The translations under genes were made by a program, and so were the position numbers. DNA of 64,000 nucleotides, taken from positions 32,001 to 96,000 of the forward strand of contig OY969414.1 of the NCBI GenBank assembly GCA_963699155.1. The letters run 5' to 3'. Shown here in pieces: positions 29,624-38,734 of the stretch. Source of the stretch: an uncultured Chlamydiales bacterium (lineage in GTDB: Bacteria > Chlamydiota > Chlamydiia > Chlamydiales > JAAKFR01). The stretch's first letter is position 1. Each line of letters starts with the position of its first letter. The notes below the pieces were generated by a model. The model was given only the letters and a program-made list of their open reading frames with translations, had not been told where the DNA came from and did not search any database.

Positions 29624-30863
29624 AGAGACGTGCTAATTCAGCTTGATGCAGATGGTAGTCTAATAGCGAAGCGACATACTTTTCTTGCACTTCATAGACC
29701 ATCTTTTCTGCTTCGAGCAGTTCCATATAATCTAATTTTCCACCCTGGTATCCCTCTTGGGTCCAGCAAAAGGCCTTCTCCGCACTGGTCAAAAGCCCTT
29801 GAGAAATGGTAAGGCTAGTTTCATAAGCGATTTGAAGGTGTCCATAAGCCAGAGTGATTCCTTCCTGTAAAAGACGTACCGATTCGTCTAAGAGAAATCC
29901 TGCCTGACCCCACTCTGCAGCAGCACGGCGGATATTACCGAGATTACAATTGAAAAAGGGAATCGGCATTTCAGCAGCGACGACTCCCCCCACTGCATTG
30001 GAGTCATTGAACCAGCGTACTCCCGCCGTCAACACCAGATCAGGAATGCCACATACCTTCTCTAAACAGAGCAAGCGAGAGGCACGTGTGACCGCCTGCT
30101 TGGCCCTCGCATAGTCGGGTGTCTGATATAAACCGGGTAGCATGAGATCAAGCGAGGTCGGCGGGCAAAAGGCATAAAGGTCAAAGAAAACCCCTTCAAA
30201 ATCGGGACAGGGAGTTCCCCATAAAAGGGAGAGCTCTCTTTTTGACTCTTCATAAGCCGCAAAGGCCTCCCTCTCCTCAAGATAGGCCTCTTCCAGCTGA
30301 ATCTCAGCCTTTAACTGATGAAGAGGCGAACATTTGCCCCCTTGCACTTGGGCAGCAACGCATTCCCAGAGCTTTTCGACCGTCTCTCTTTTTTGCTGAG
30401 AAAATTTAAAGCACTCATGCGCAGCAGCGACAGTAATGAAATGGGTGACTAGCTCAAGCCTAAGATCTTGTCGGGCGATTTGCAGATCCCAAAAGGCGAC
30501 CCTCGCTTCTGAGGAGGCAAGCTCAAAACGCGCCCTCCGCTTCCCTCCCAGCTCAAAGAGCTGCGAAACAGCGAACGTCGTTTGGGGCGGCTCTGCATTC
30601 CTATTATGGCCCGTTACTCCCAAATTTTCCGCCTCCACCTCTAAAAGAGGATTGGGCTTCAGCGACGCCTGCAGCGCCTCTCCCTGCTTGGCAACGATCC
30701 CAAGATTCGAGGCAGCGAGCCCTGGAGAACAGTGGAGCACTCTCTCCCATGCCGTCTCCAGATCGAGACAGTTGGCATCTGCCACCATTCCCGAAATGCT
30801 CAAGACATCTGTCCCTGCTGCCAATACCAAAATGTATAAAAGAGTTGATAGAGAACGCCGCAT
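29604..30863 (-). CDS. czcC: CzcC/TolC-family outer-membrane factor
   Basis: QASLKPNP.LEVEAEN, SQLFELGGKRRAR, PIPFFN.N.GNI, YQGGKLDYMELLEA. Confidence 0.88.
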   Translation of the reverse strand: MRRSLSTLLYILVLAAGTDVLSISGMVADANCLDLETAWERVLHCSPGLAASNLGIVAKQGEALQASLKPNPLLEVEAENLGVTGHNRNAEPPQTTFAVSQLFELGGKRRARFELASSEARVAFWDLQIARQDLRLELVTHFITVAAAHECFKFSQQKRETVEKLWECVAAQVQGGKCSPLHQLKAEIQLEEAYLEEREAFAAYEESKRELSLLWGTPCPDFEGVFFDLYAFCPPTSLDLMLPGLYQTPDYARAKQAVTRASRLLCLEKVCGIPDLVLTAGVRWFNDSNAVGGVVAAEMPIPFFNCNLGNIRRAAAEWGQAGFLLDESVRLLQEGITLAYGHLQIAYETSLTISQGLLTSAEKAFCWTQEGYQGGKLDYMELLEAEKMVYEVQEKYVASLLDYHLHQAELARLCGGWNE

Positions 30864-30953
30864 AATTCCCTCCCCATAACAGAGGGAAACTCTTTCTGTC
30901 AATAGTGAAATAAATAAATTTTTAATTTATAATTAAATTAGGAGGAGGTAGTT

Positions 30954-31553
30954 ATGTTAAAACTTTATTCACTGTTAATGCGATTAGCAGAAGATCAAGA
31001 ATACAAAAAGCGATTTAAAACCGACCCCCAAAAATATCTTAAGGAGGTATGTGGAATCGTCTATTCTGAAAAGGTTAAGATAATAATCTTCGAGAATTCG
31101 GAAGAAAAAATTTATCTCGTGCTCCCTTTATTAGAAAAAGCTATGGAACGCTATCAAGAAGCTAAAGAGAGCGATCCCGAACACTCACTCTATTACCAAA
31201 AAATTAGTGATCCGGCGATTAGGGAGCGCCTCATCCAAGCTCCAAAAGAAACCCTAGAGAACGAGTTCCATATTACATTTCCTGAGAAGTGTCAAGTCGA
31301 GTTGCTAGAAGAGAGGGAGGGAGAGAAATACCTCGTTATACCTGCCCTAAGTCAGATAGGCGAAATGTCAGATCAACAGTTGGCTGAAATCTCTGGAGGG
31401 GCGGGGCTTTATGCCTCATCCCAACTCATGACTTTATTCACAAATATCTTTAGCTTAGAAGAAAAAGCTCCAGCCAAACAAGTTTATGTGGTCGGTCCCC
31501 CTAACCTCAATACACTGGGCATCACAATACGCACCCCACCCCGCGTGCATTAG
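30954..31553 (+). CDS. NHLP-leader RiPP precursor-like protein with duplicated leader domain and double-Gly site
   Basis: Two NHLP-like units ending YLVLP (aa 54-58) and YLVIP (aa 126-130), then EMSDQQLAEISGG (aa 137-149) and a 50-aa tail; strong RBS aggaggagg. Confidence 0.8.
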   Translation: MLKLYSLLMRLAEDQEYKKRFKTDPQKYLKEVCGIVYSEKVKIIIFENSEEKIYLVLPLLEKAMERYQEAKESDPEHSLYYQKISDPAIRERLIQAPKETLENEFHITFPEKCQVELLEEREGEKYLVIPALSQIGEMSDQQLAEISGGAGLYASSQLMTLFTNIFSLEEKAPAKQVYVVGPPNLNTLGITIRTPPRVH

Positions 31554-31593
31554 ACATCATATTCACGGGCATGAGAATTAAGCCTTGCGCACC

Positions 31594-32967
31594 CTAACCA
31601 GCAGTAGGCTCGGGTTCGCTGGGAGCTTTGCCTGCGGTTGCGGCAGTTTGAGCACGGGCATTCCACATGGGGAGAAAGAGAAGGACTGTGACAACGCAAC
31701 ATGCAGAGAGGATCGCGAAATAACCACCCCAGCCAAAGTCTTGGGCGACTTTGCCGAGCGGATAGCCCGCTGCAGCAGCTCCAAAGTAGGCAAACCAGCC
31801 TGCGAAACCGCTGGCGGTACCGGCTGCTTTTTTATGAGAGAGCTCAGCAGCAGCAAGGCCAATCATCATTTGAGGACCGAAGAGGAAGAAGCCGATGGTG
31901 AAGAGGGCTACAGAATCGATCCAGACACCGATCTCAGGGAAGAGCCATAAACAGAGCACCGAGAGAAGCATCCCGAGTGAGAAGACCACATTCATCGGCC
32001 CCCGTCTGCCCGCATTGATCTTATCGGAAAGCCAACCGGCCACCAACATACCAAAGAGGCCTCCAATCTCAAAGAGGGAGACGCACGCATTGGCTTGGAT
32101 CATCGAATAATCTTTTGTCTCGATCAGATAGAGCGCGCTCCAGTCATTGATCGCCATCCGAACGATATAGACAAAGAAGGAGGCGATTGCCAACATCCAG
32201 ACCCATTTATTATTGAGGACATACTTGAAGAGAATCTCTTTAGTCTTCAGCTCTTTCTCTCGTTGATCGGCCTTCTTTTTGTCGGGGAAGTCGTTACGGT
32301 ACTTCTCAATAGTCGGCAACCCTAAAGATTGGGGGGTATCGCGCAACCGGTTCATCAGGATGAATCCCATAATGATACAGAGAACCCCTGGAATAAACAT
32401 GGCGTAACGCCAACCTAAATATTCTGCACAAGCCCCAGCAAGGATAGGAATTAAAAAGCCACCGACATTATGGGAGGTGCTCCAGACGCTCCACCAGGTT
32501 CCCCTCTCTGATTGGGAGTACCAGTGGGTCAGAAGGCGCGCACAAGGAGGCCAACCCCATCCCTGGAACCAGCCATTTAAGCCCCAAAAGAGCGCAAAGA
32601 GGAGGAGGGAGGAGGCAAAACCGAAGAGAATGGTGCTGATACCTGTAATAATCAATCCAAAGGCCATGAAGAAGCGAGGGTTGGATTGGTCTGATATCAC
32701 CCCACTCGCAAACTTGCTGAGACCATAAGTAATATAAAGGATGCTACCCAAGATGCCGAGTTCGGCTTTGTCATACCCCAAATCGCTCATCAAGGCGGGC
32801 ATGGCGAAGGTAAAGCTTTTCCGTGTGAAGTAGTAAAAAACGTAGCCGATGAACATCGAATAAAAAATCCGCATGCGCCAATATCGGTATTCCTTCTTGA
32901 CAATCTGCGGATCTTCAATCTCTTTAAGATGTTCAGCTGGCTTTAAAAAATTTAACACACCATTCAC
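31594..32967 (-). CDS. uhpC: Hexose-phosphate transporter (MFS, OPA family)
   Basis: YYFTRKSF, GWFQGWGWPPC, ERGTWW, SHNVGG, RDTPQSLGLP, FGPQMMIGLAAAE. Confidence 0.95.
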   Translation of the reverse strand: MNGVLNFLKPAEHLKEIEDPQIVKKEYRYWRMRIFYSMFIGYVFYYFTRKSFTFAMPALMSDLGYDKAELGILGSILYITYGLSKFASGVISDQSNPRFFMAFGLIITGISTILFGFASSLLLFALFWGLNGWFQGWGWPPCARLLTHWYSQSERGTWWSVWSTSHNVGGFLIPILAGACAEYLGWRYAMFIPGVLCIIMGFILMNRLRDTPQSLGLPTIEKYRNDFPDKKKADQREKELKTKEILFKYVLNNKWVWMLAIASFFVYIVRMAINDWSALYLIETKDYSMIQANACVSLFEIGGLFGMLVAGWLSDKINAGRRGPMNVVFSLGMLLSVLCLWLFPEIGVWIDSVALFTIGFFLFGPQMMIGLAAAELSHKKAAGTASGFAGWFAYFGAAAAGYPLGKVAQDFGWGGYFAILSACCVVTVLLFLPMWNARAQTAATAGKAPSEPEPTAG

Positions 32968-33142
32968 AGCACTCTCCTATCTAAAGAGATTTATTAACGC
33001 TCATGATTTTCCCGTAACGATAAATATAGCATGAAAAAGGCGAAAAAGTCACCACTCTTTTCTCCCTCGGCTGGTCGATGAGGTTATGGAAGAGGTCTAT
33101 TGCTTCTTGACCTTCTGTTTAAGATATGCTAACAAAAGAGAG

Positions 33143-33595
33143 ATGAGCAATAATATATCGGAAGATGAGGTCGACGCACTGCTAAAGGGCAACGCTTCTG
33201 AGCCTCAATCCACCAAAGAAGAATCTCTTGAAAAACTGCTTGAAGAGATCATGAGCACCGCTCCCTCAGCCCCTGCTGCTTCGGCGCTCTCCCCAGAAAG
33301 AGCGCCCCTCTTTGCTACCCAAACCGAAAAGCAAAAAAAGAATCGCTACCTACCCCTCTGGCTCAGCAGCGCCGTTTTAGGCGCTTTTCTCCTCGGCGGC
33401 GCATTTGGCTTTTATTGGGGAAAGAATGATCCTTCTGCCCCCACCTTGAAAGCCCTCCAAGAAGGAATCACCCAACTCACCGACCAGGTCAACCGCTTAG
33501 TGAAAGCGATGGAACCTCCCTCCACCGCCTCCTCAGAGATCATCGAGCCCCTCCCTTCCCCCATCAAAAAGAAAGCCAAAGAAGCCATTCTTTAA
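33143..33595 (+). CDS. Hypothetical single-pass membrane protein with coiled coil
   Basis: Acidic N-terminus, one TM helix (LWLSSAVLGAFLLGGAFGFYWG), heptad-like LQEGITQLTDQVNRLV. Confidence 0.7.
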   Translation: MSNNISEDEVDALLKGNASEPQSTKEESLEKLLEEIMSTAPSAPAASALSPERAPLFATQTEKQKKNRYLPLWLSSAVLGAFLLGGAFGFYWGKNDPSAPTLKALQEGITQLTDQVNRLVKAMEPPSTASSEIIEPLPSPIKKKAKEAIL

Positions 33596-33776
33596 CATAG
33601 CTCCCCATCTGCTGCTGCAGGCGATCCTCTTATCCTGTAAAAAAAATAGGAATTATTATGGCACTAGAACCAAAGGCGGCTTTTATCGCCTTCACACTGC
33701 TCTGGCTTCTCAAAATGTAGTGAAGATTTAATCCCCATCGTCTATTCTGATTTGCCATATTTTATTTGTATAGGTT

Positions 33777-35072
33777 ATGCAGTACCGCACCGCGAAAGGG
33801 GTCTTTGACATCCTGCCTTCCGATCCTGATCCTGAAGGACGGTGGCGGGAGTCCCATCTCTGGAACTATCTTGAAGGGGTCATACGCCACCTCGCCCTCC
33901 AGTTTGGTTATCGAGAGATAAGAACCCCTCTCTTTGAAACGACCGATCTCTTTACGCGCAGTATTGGGACAGGCACCGATATCGTCACCAAAGAGATGTA
34001 CACCTTCCAGGACAAAGCCGAGCGTTCTCTTACTTTACGGCCGGAGGGGACTGCGCCGGTGATGCGCGCCTTTATCGAAAAGCAGCTCCACAACCAAGCT
34101 CCGATCCACAAATTTTTCTATATCTGCCCCATGTTCCGCTATGAGCGGAGCCAAGCGGGCCGCTATCGCCAGCACCATCAATTTGGTGTGGAGGCGATCG
34201 GCAGTGCGCTGCCGCAACAGGATGCCGAGTGCATCCATCTTCTCTGGTCACTCTATCACCGGCTTGGGCTGAATGGATTGACGCTTCACCTGAACTCGAT
34301 CGGCGATAAAGAGGCGAGAGCTGAGTTTCGCCATGCTTTAAAGATCTATTTGCGTCCCCACTTAGAGGTTCTCTCTCCTGATAGTCAAGAGCGGTATGAG
34401 ACCAACCCTCTACGCATTCTCGATTCCAAAGATCCGCAGGACCAGAAATGGCTCAAAGAGGCGCCTCATATTCTCGATTTTCTCAATACTGACTCGAAAG
34501 CCCACTTTGAGGCGCTGCGTCAGCTGCTCACAGCTATCGGTATCCCCTACCAGATCAACCACCGGCTGGTGCGTGGGCTCGACTATTACAACAACACCGT
34601 TTTCGAGATCACTGCAAACGAATTGGGCTCTCAAAATAGTTTAGGAGGCGGAGGTCGCTACGATGGCTTGATCCCGCAGCTCGGCGGTCCCGACCTGCCC
34701 GCATTTGGGTTTGGAGCCGGTTTAGAGAGAATCATTCAAACAGCTTTAGCGCAACAGGTCTTTATCCCCAGTTCCCCAGTCTCCGATCTGCTGCTCATTC
34801 CATTGGGCGATCAGGCAGCCACCGAATGTTTCAAACTGCTCTGTGCGATGCGCGACCGTCGGTTGAAGGTCGAGATGGATCTCACAGGTAAAAAACTTAA
34901 GGCAGCGATGCGCTATGCAGACGCCGCTAAAATCCGCTATGTCGCCGTCGTCGGCGATCAAGAGCTCGAGAGTGGTCAGATCGAGCTCAAAGAGATGGCG
35001 ACAGCCACTTCCCAAACCCTTTCTATCGATAGGTTAGTCGATGCGTTACAAGAGAAGTCATTATTGCAATGA
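33777..35072 (+). CDS. hisS: Histidine--tRNA ligase
   Basis: EIRTPLFE, LRPEGTA, MFRYER.QAGRYRQHHQ, LVRGLDYY, GGGRYD. Confidence 0.98.
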   Translation: MQYRTAKGVFDILPSDPDPEGRWRESHLWNYLEGVIRHLALQFGYREIRTPLFETTDLFTRSIGTGTDIVTKEMYTFQDKAERSLTLRPEGTAPVMRAFIEKQLHNQAPIHKFFYICPMFRYERSQAGRYRQHHQFGVEAIGSALPQQDAECIHLLWSLYHRLGLNGLTLHLNSIGDKEARAEFRHALKIYLRPHLEVLSPDSQERYETNPLRILDSKDPQDQKWLKEAPHILDFLNTDSKAHFEALRQLLTAIGIPYQINHRLVRGLDYYNNTVFEITANELGSQNSLGGGGRYDGLIPQLGGPDLPAFGFGAGLERIIQTALAQQVFIPSSPVSDLLLIPLGDQAATECFKLLCAMRDRRLKVEMDLTGKKLKAAMRYADAAKIRYVAVVGDQELESGQIELKEMATATSQTLSIDRLVDALQEKSLLQ

Positions 35073-36810
35073 CCTGACAAAAGAGAATATCGGAGAGAGC
35101 GTTTCTCTTTGTGGCTGGGTCCACAGACGCAGAGACCATGGAGGCCTCATCTTTATCGACCTGCGCGACCGTTATGGGCTCACTCAGATTGTCTTTCGGC
35201 CTTTCTATCCTGAATTGCACGCCCAAGCGGGTCACTTACGCTCCGAATGGGTCATCGCTGTCAAAGGAACGGTGGCAGCTCGTGCAGAAGGGATGGCCAA
35301 TCCCAAACTAAAAACGGGCTCAATCGAAATCGAGGCTAAAGAGCTCGACGTGCTCTCTATTGCCAAGACACCTCCTTTTTCTATCAGCGATGAGCATATC
35401 GAGGTCAACGAAGAGCTCCGTTTCAAATATCGCTACCTGGATATCCGCAGGGGGGAAATTGCGAGAAGGCTCATCCTCCGTCATCAGATGCTTCTCGCCG
35501 TCCGCAACTTTCTGGACAAACACCGCTTTTTGGAGATCACGACACCAGTACTCGCCAAATCAACTCCTGAAGGTGCTAGAGACTACCTAGTCCCATCCAG
35601 GATCTATCCAGGAACCTTTTTTGCACTCCCTCAATCGCCACAGCTCTTCAAACAGCTCCTGATGATCTCTGGCATGGATCGCTATTTCCAGATCGCTACC
35701 TGCTTCCGTGACGAGGATTCCCGAAGCGACCGTCAGCCCGAATTTGCTCAGATCGACGTCGAAATGAGTTTTGGTTCACAAGATGAGCTCTTTGCCCTGA
35801 TGGAGGGCCTCTGTGCCGCCATTTTCAAAGCCTGTTTGGGTCTCGATTTGAAAACCCCCTTCCCCCGCATGCCCCACAAAGAGTCGATAGAGAAGTATGG
35901 GTGTGACAAACCAGATCTTCGCTTTGGCATGCCGCTGATCCGTGTCGATGAGATTGTTAAAGAGTCTCAATTCTCCGTCTTTAAAGAGGCGCTGGCAACA
36001 GGAGGCACTGTCAAAGGTCTCTGCGTGAAAGGTGGCGCTGAACTTTCCCGCAAACAGATTGAAGAGTACACCTCATTTGTCGGCCGCTTTGGTGCTCAAG
36101 GACTCGCCTGGATGAAGATCACAGATGAGGGACCCACCTCCAGCATCGTCAAATTCTTTGATCAGCCATGCCTAGAGCGTTTGATGAAAACAATGGGCGC
36201 CGAAAAAAACGACCTGCTCCTCTTTGTCGCCGCAGAGAGATCGACCGTCAACCAATCTCTCGACCACCTACGCCGCCGTTTAGGAAAAGAGCTGGGGCTG
36301 ATCGATCCTGAGCAATATGCCTTCACCTGGATCACCGAATTTCCGCTCATGCAGTGGGATGAGGAGACGCAGAATTATGCCTGCGAACACCACCCTTTCA
36401 CCTCACCTCATCCCGATGATATTCCCCTTCTCGATAGCGATCCGCTAAAGGTGCGCTCTTCAAGTTACGACCTCGTGCTGAATGGCTATGAATTGGGATC
36501 GGGCTCTCAGCGCATATTTGATGGAGAGCTCCAGGCAAAAATTTTTCGCCTGCTCAAACTTTCCCCCGAAGATATCCAAAAACGTTTTGGATTTTTCATC
36601 GAGGCTTTACAGTATGGGACACCGCCTCACATGGGCATCGCACTCGGCGTCGACCGCATCGCGATGCTGCTCAGTGGAGCTGAAAGCATCCGCGATGTGA
36701 TCGCCTTCCCCAAAACGCAAAAAGCCTTTGACCTGATGCTGGATGCCCCTTCAGAAGTGGCGCAACATCAATTGACAGAACTCAAAATTCATGTGGAGAA
36801 ACCCGAATGA
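35041..36810 (+). CDS. aspS: Aspartate--tRNA ligase
   Basis: GWVHRRRDHGG, STPEGARDY, LPQSPQLFKQ, CFRDED, HHPFT, PPHMGIALG. Confidence 0.98.
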   Translation: MRYKRSHYCNDLTKENIGESVSLCGWVHRRRDHGGLIFIDLRDRYGLTQIVFRPFYPELHAQAGHLRSEWVIAVKGTVAARAEGMANPKLKTGSIEIEAKELDVLSIAKTPPFSISDEHIEVNEELRFKYRYLDIRRGEIARRLILRHQMLLAVRNFLDKHRFLEITTPVLAKSTPEGARDYLVPSRIYPGTFFALPQSPQLFKQLLMISGMDRYFQIATCFRDEDSRSDRQPEFAQIDVEMSFGSQDELFALMEGLCAAIFKACLGLDLKTPFPRMPHKESIEKYGCDKPDLRFGMPLIRVDEIVKESQFSVFKEALATGGTVKGLCVKGGAELSRKQIEEYTSFVGRFGAQGLAWMKITDEGPTSSIVKFFDQPCLERLMKTMGAEKNDLLLFVAAERSTVNQSLDHLRRRLGKELGLIDPEQYAFTWITEFPLMQWDEETQNYACEHHPFTSPHPDDIPLLDSDPLKVRSSSYDLVLNGYELGSGSQRIFDGELQAKIFRLLKLSPEDIQKRFGFFIEALQYGTPPHMGIALGVDRIAMLLSGAESIRDVIAFPKTQKAFDLMLDAPSEVAQHQLTELKIHVEKPE

Positions 36811-37568
36811 TGAATAAATGGATCGTATGTACGCTATTGGCCTTTTCTGTGCCGCTATGTGCTTCAAAAGGCACAGACAAGCCAACCGAGGCGCAGGCAG
36901 CGCCCACGCCTGCTGAAGAAAAGAGCCCTGTTGATTTTGGACGCCTCTCTGAGACGTTAGGACATCTCATTGTCCGCCAACTACAGCAGCCCGGATTCAC
37001 CTTCGACTTAGATCGTGTAATCTTGGGGATGCGGGATGAACAGTCGGGCAAACCCTCCCCGATGAATGAAGAAGAGTATGAGCGGGTAGTCTCCTCTCTT
37101 CAGGAACAGCAGTTCCTCCAAGCTGCGGAAAAGAATCTGGCAGAAGCCAATGCTTTCTTGCAGGAAAATTCAAAAAAAGAGGGAATACAGACAATCGATG
37201 AGAAATTGCAGTATGTGATCTCATCTACAGGTATTGGAGAGGCTGTCGGTCCCGAATCGATCCCGCTCATCCATTACAAAGGACAGCTTCTCGATGGCAC
37301 CATCTTCGCAAGCTCAGAGGGAATGACACAGCCGATCGCCCTCCCCATCAAACAATCGATCCCCGGCTTTGCCAAGGGGCTTGTTGGCATGAAAGAGGGT
37401 GAAAAGCGGGTTCTCTATATCCATCCTGAACTCGCTTACGGCTTGTCTGGCCATCTTCCCCCCAATTCACTGCTCATCTTCGAGGTGGAGATCGTCAAAG
37501 CCAACGCTTTGCCAGCGAGTGAAATAGCCAAACAAGAGGGTGAAAGCAGCGTCAAAGTCGAACAGTGA
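36807..37568 (+). CDS. mip: FKBP-type peptidyl-prolyl isomerase Mip
   Basis: Signal peptide; HYKGQLLDGTIF, IPGF..G..GMKEGEKRVLYIHPELAYG, LPPNSLLIFEVE. Confidence 0.93.
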   Translation: MMNKWIVCTLLAFSVPLCASKGTDKPTEAQAAPTPAEEKSPVDFGRLSETLGHLIVRQLQQPGFTFDLDRVILGMRDEQSGKPSPMNEEEYERVVSSLQEQQFLQAAEKNLAEANAFLQENSKKEGIQTIDEKLQYVISSTGIGEAVGPESIPLIHYKGQLLDGTIFASSEGMTQPIALPIKQSIPGFAKGLVGMKEGEKRVLYIHPELAYGLSGHLPPNSLLIFEVEIVKANALPASEIAKQEGESSVKVEQ

Positions 37569-38005
37569 ACATTGTTCTCTTTGCGCCTGAAATCCCTCAA
37601 AACGCCGGTAATATCGCACGCAGCTGCGCTGTTACCGGCGCTACCCTGACACTTGTCCGCCCCCTCGGCTTCAACCTCACCGACAAACAGCTCAAACGCT
37701 CCGGCCTCGACTACTGGAGCACGCTCAACTTCCGCATCGTCGACAGCCTCGAGGAGGCCCTCCAGGAACCCTTCTACTTCTTCTCAACAAAAGGTAAAAA
37801 GAACTACACCGATATCGCCTACTCACCCCACTCCACACTCATCTTCGGCTCCGAAACTGCCGGCCTGCCCCCCTGGATCCACGCCCAATGGCCCCACCTC
37901 TTCCACACCATACCCATGAAGCCCCCTGCTCGCTCCCTCAACCTCTCCAACGCCGTCGCCATCGTCCTCTACGAAGCCCTCCGCCAGTTAGATTTTAAAT
38001 TTTAA
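37565..38005 (+). CDS. trmL: tRNA (cytidine/uridine-34-2'-O)-methyltransferase, SpoU family
   Basis: PEIPQNAGNIARSC, LKRSGLDYW, FGSETAGLP, RSLNLSN. Confidence 0.95.
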   Translation: MNIVLFAPEIPQNAGNIARSCAVTGATLTLVRPLGFNLTDKQLKRSGLDYWSTLNFRIVDSLEEALQEPFYFFSTKGKKNYTDIAYSPHSTLIFGSETAGLPPWIHAQWPHLFHTIPMKPPARSLNLSNAVAIVLYEALRQLDFKF

Positions 38006-38008
38006 CTA

Positions 38009-38172
38009 AACGCAAAGACGCCAAGACACAAAGAAGGGGGGTACGCGAAGCGCTCCTATTTCTTTGCGACTCTGAGTCTTTGCGCCTTTACCCCTCGCTG
38101 ACTTCGTCAGTCTCGGACAATCCATCAAAAAAGCGCCACTGGCGCTTTATTTGAGGTACCTTGTCGTTGAAT
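38009..38172. repeat. REP-like palindromic element built of 8-mers, interrupted by the ~80-nt structured repeat
   Basis: aacgcaaagacgccaagacacaaagaagg..gggtacgcgaagcgctc..tttctttgcg is nearly identical to 51902-51970. Confidence 0.85.
38091..38165 (+). repeat. ~80-nt structured repeat, copy B
   Basis: Homologous to the reverse complement of 851-933, with swapped or compensated stems. Confidence 0.85.
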
Positions 38173-38206
38173 TTTTTAGGCGGATTTTTCCCCACGAGCC
38201 TTACGG

Positions 38207-38530
38207 CTAGAGAGCTTCAGTGACGAGGCGGCGGAGTGAGTCGAGGTCTTTGAGGCCGACGACCCGTTTAACCTGCTTTCCGTTTTTGAAGAGGATCAGG
38301 GTGGGGATGGAGGTGACCTCGAAGCGGGCAGCGACACTGACCGACTGATCGGTATCGACTTTGGCAACTGTGAGTTTTCCAGCCATTTCTTGAGCGAGCT
38401 CTTCTACGATGGGAGTCAGCATCCGGCAGGGGCCACACCAGTCAGCATAAAAATCGATAAGAACGACACCCTGGGCAATGCCCTGATCGAAGTTGTCGTC
38501 ATTAAATTGTTTGAGATTTGACCCAGCCAT
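38207..38530 (-). CDS. trxA: Thioredoxin
   Basis: DFYADWCGPC, SIPTLILFK. Confidence 0.98.
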   Translation of the reverse strand: MAGSNLKQFNDDNFDQGIAQGVVLIDFYADWCGPCRMLTPIVEELAQEMAGKLTVAKVDTDQSVSVAARFEVTSIPTLILFKNGKQVKRVVGLKDLDSLRRLVTEAL

Positions 38531-38613
38531 TTTAACTCCTCAAAAAGATTGGTAATCAGATCATAACCTGAGAGTGGAAAAAATTCAAGGGTATGGTTAT
38601 GATTTTTGCCCAT

Positions 38614-38697
38614 GCGGCCATGGCGGAATTGGTAGACGCGCTAGATTCAGGTTCTAGTCGGGGCAACTCGGTGGATGTTCGAGTCATCTTGGCCGCA
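38614..38697 (+). tRNA. tRNA-Leu (CAG)
   Basis: gcggcca/tggccgc acceptor stem, D loop GGAATTGGTAGA, anticodon arm ctaga-ttCAGgt-tctag, long variable arm, GTTCGAG T loop; CCA not encoded. Confidence 0.95.
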
Positions 38698-38703
38698 AAT
38701 ATA

Positions 38704-38728
38704 AGCCATTCCTGCTCTGGGAATGGCT
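38704..38728 (+). terminator. Hairpin directly downstream of tRNA-Leu (possible terminator or processing stem)
   Basis: agccattcc / ggaatggct stem; no clear U tract (a MITE is inserted just after). Confidence 0.5.
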
Positions 38729-38734
38729 CAAATA

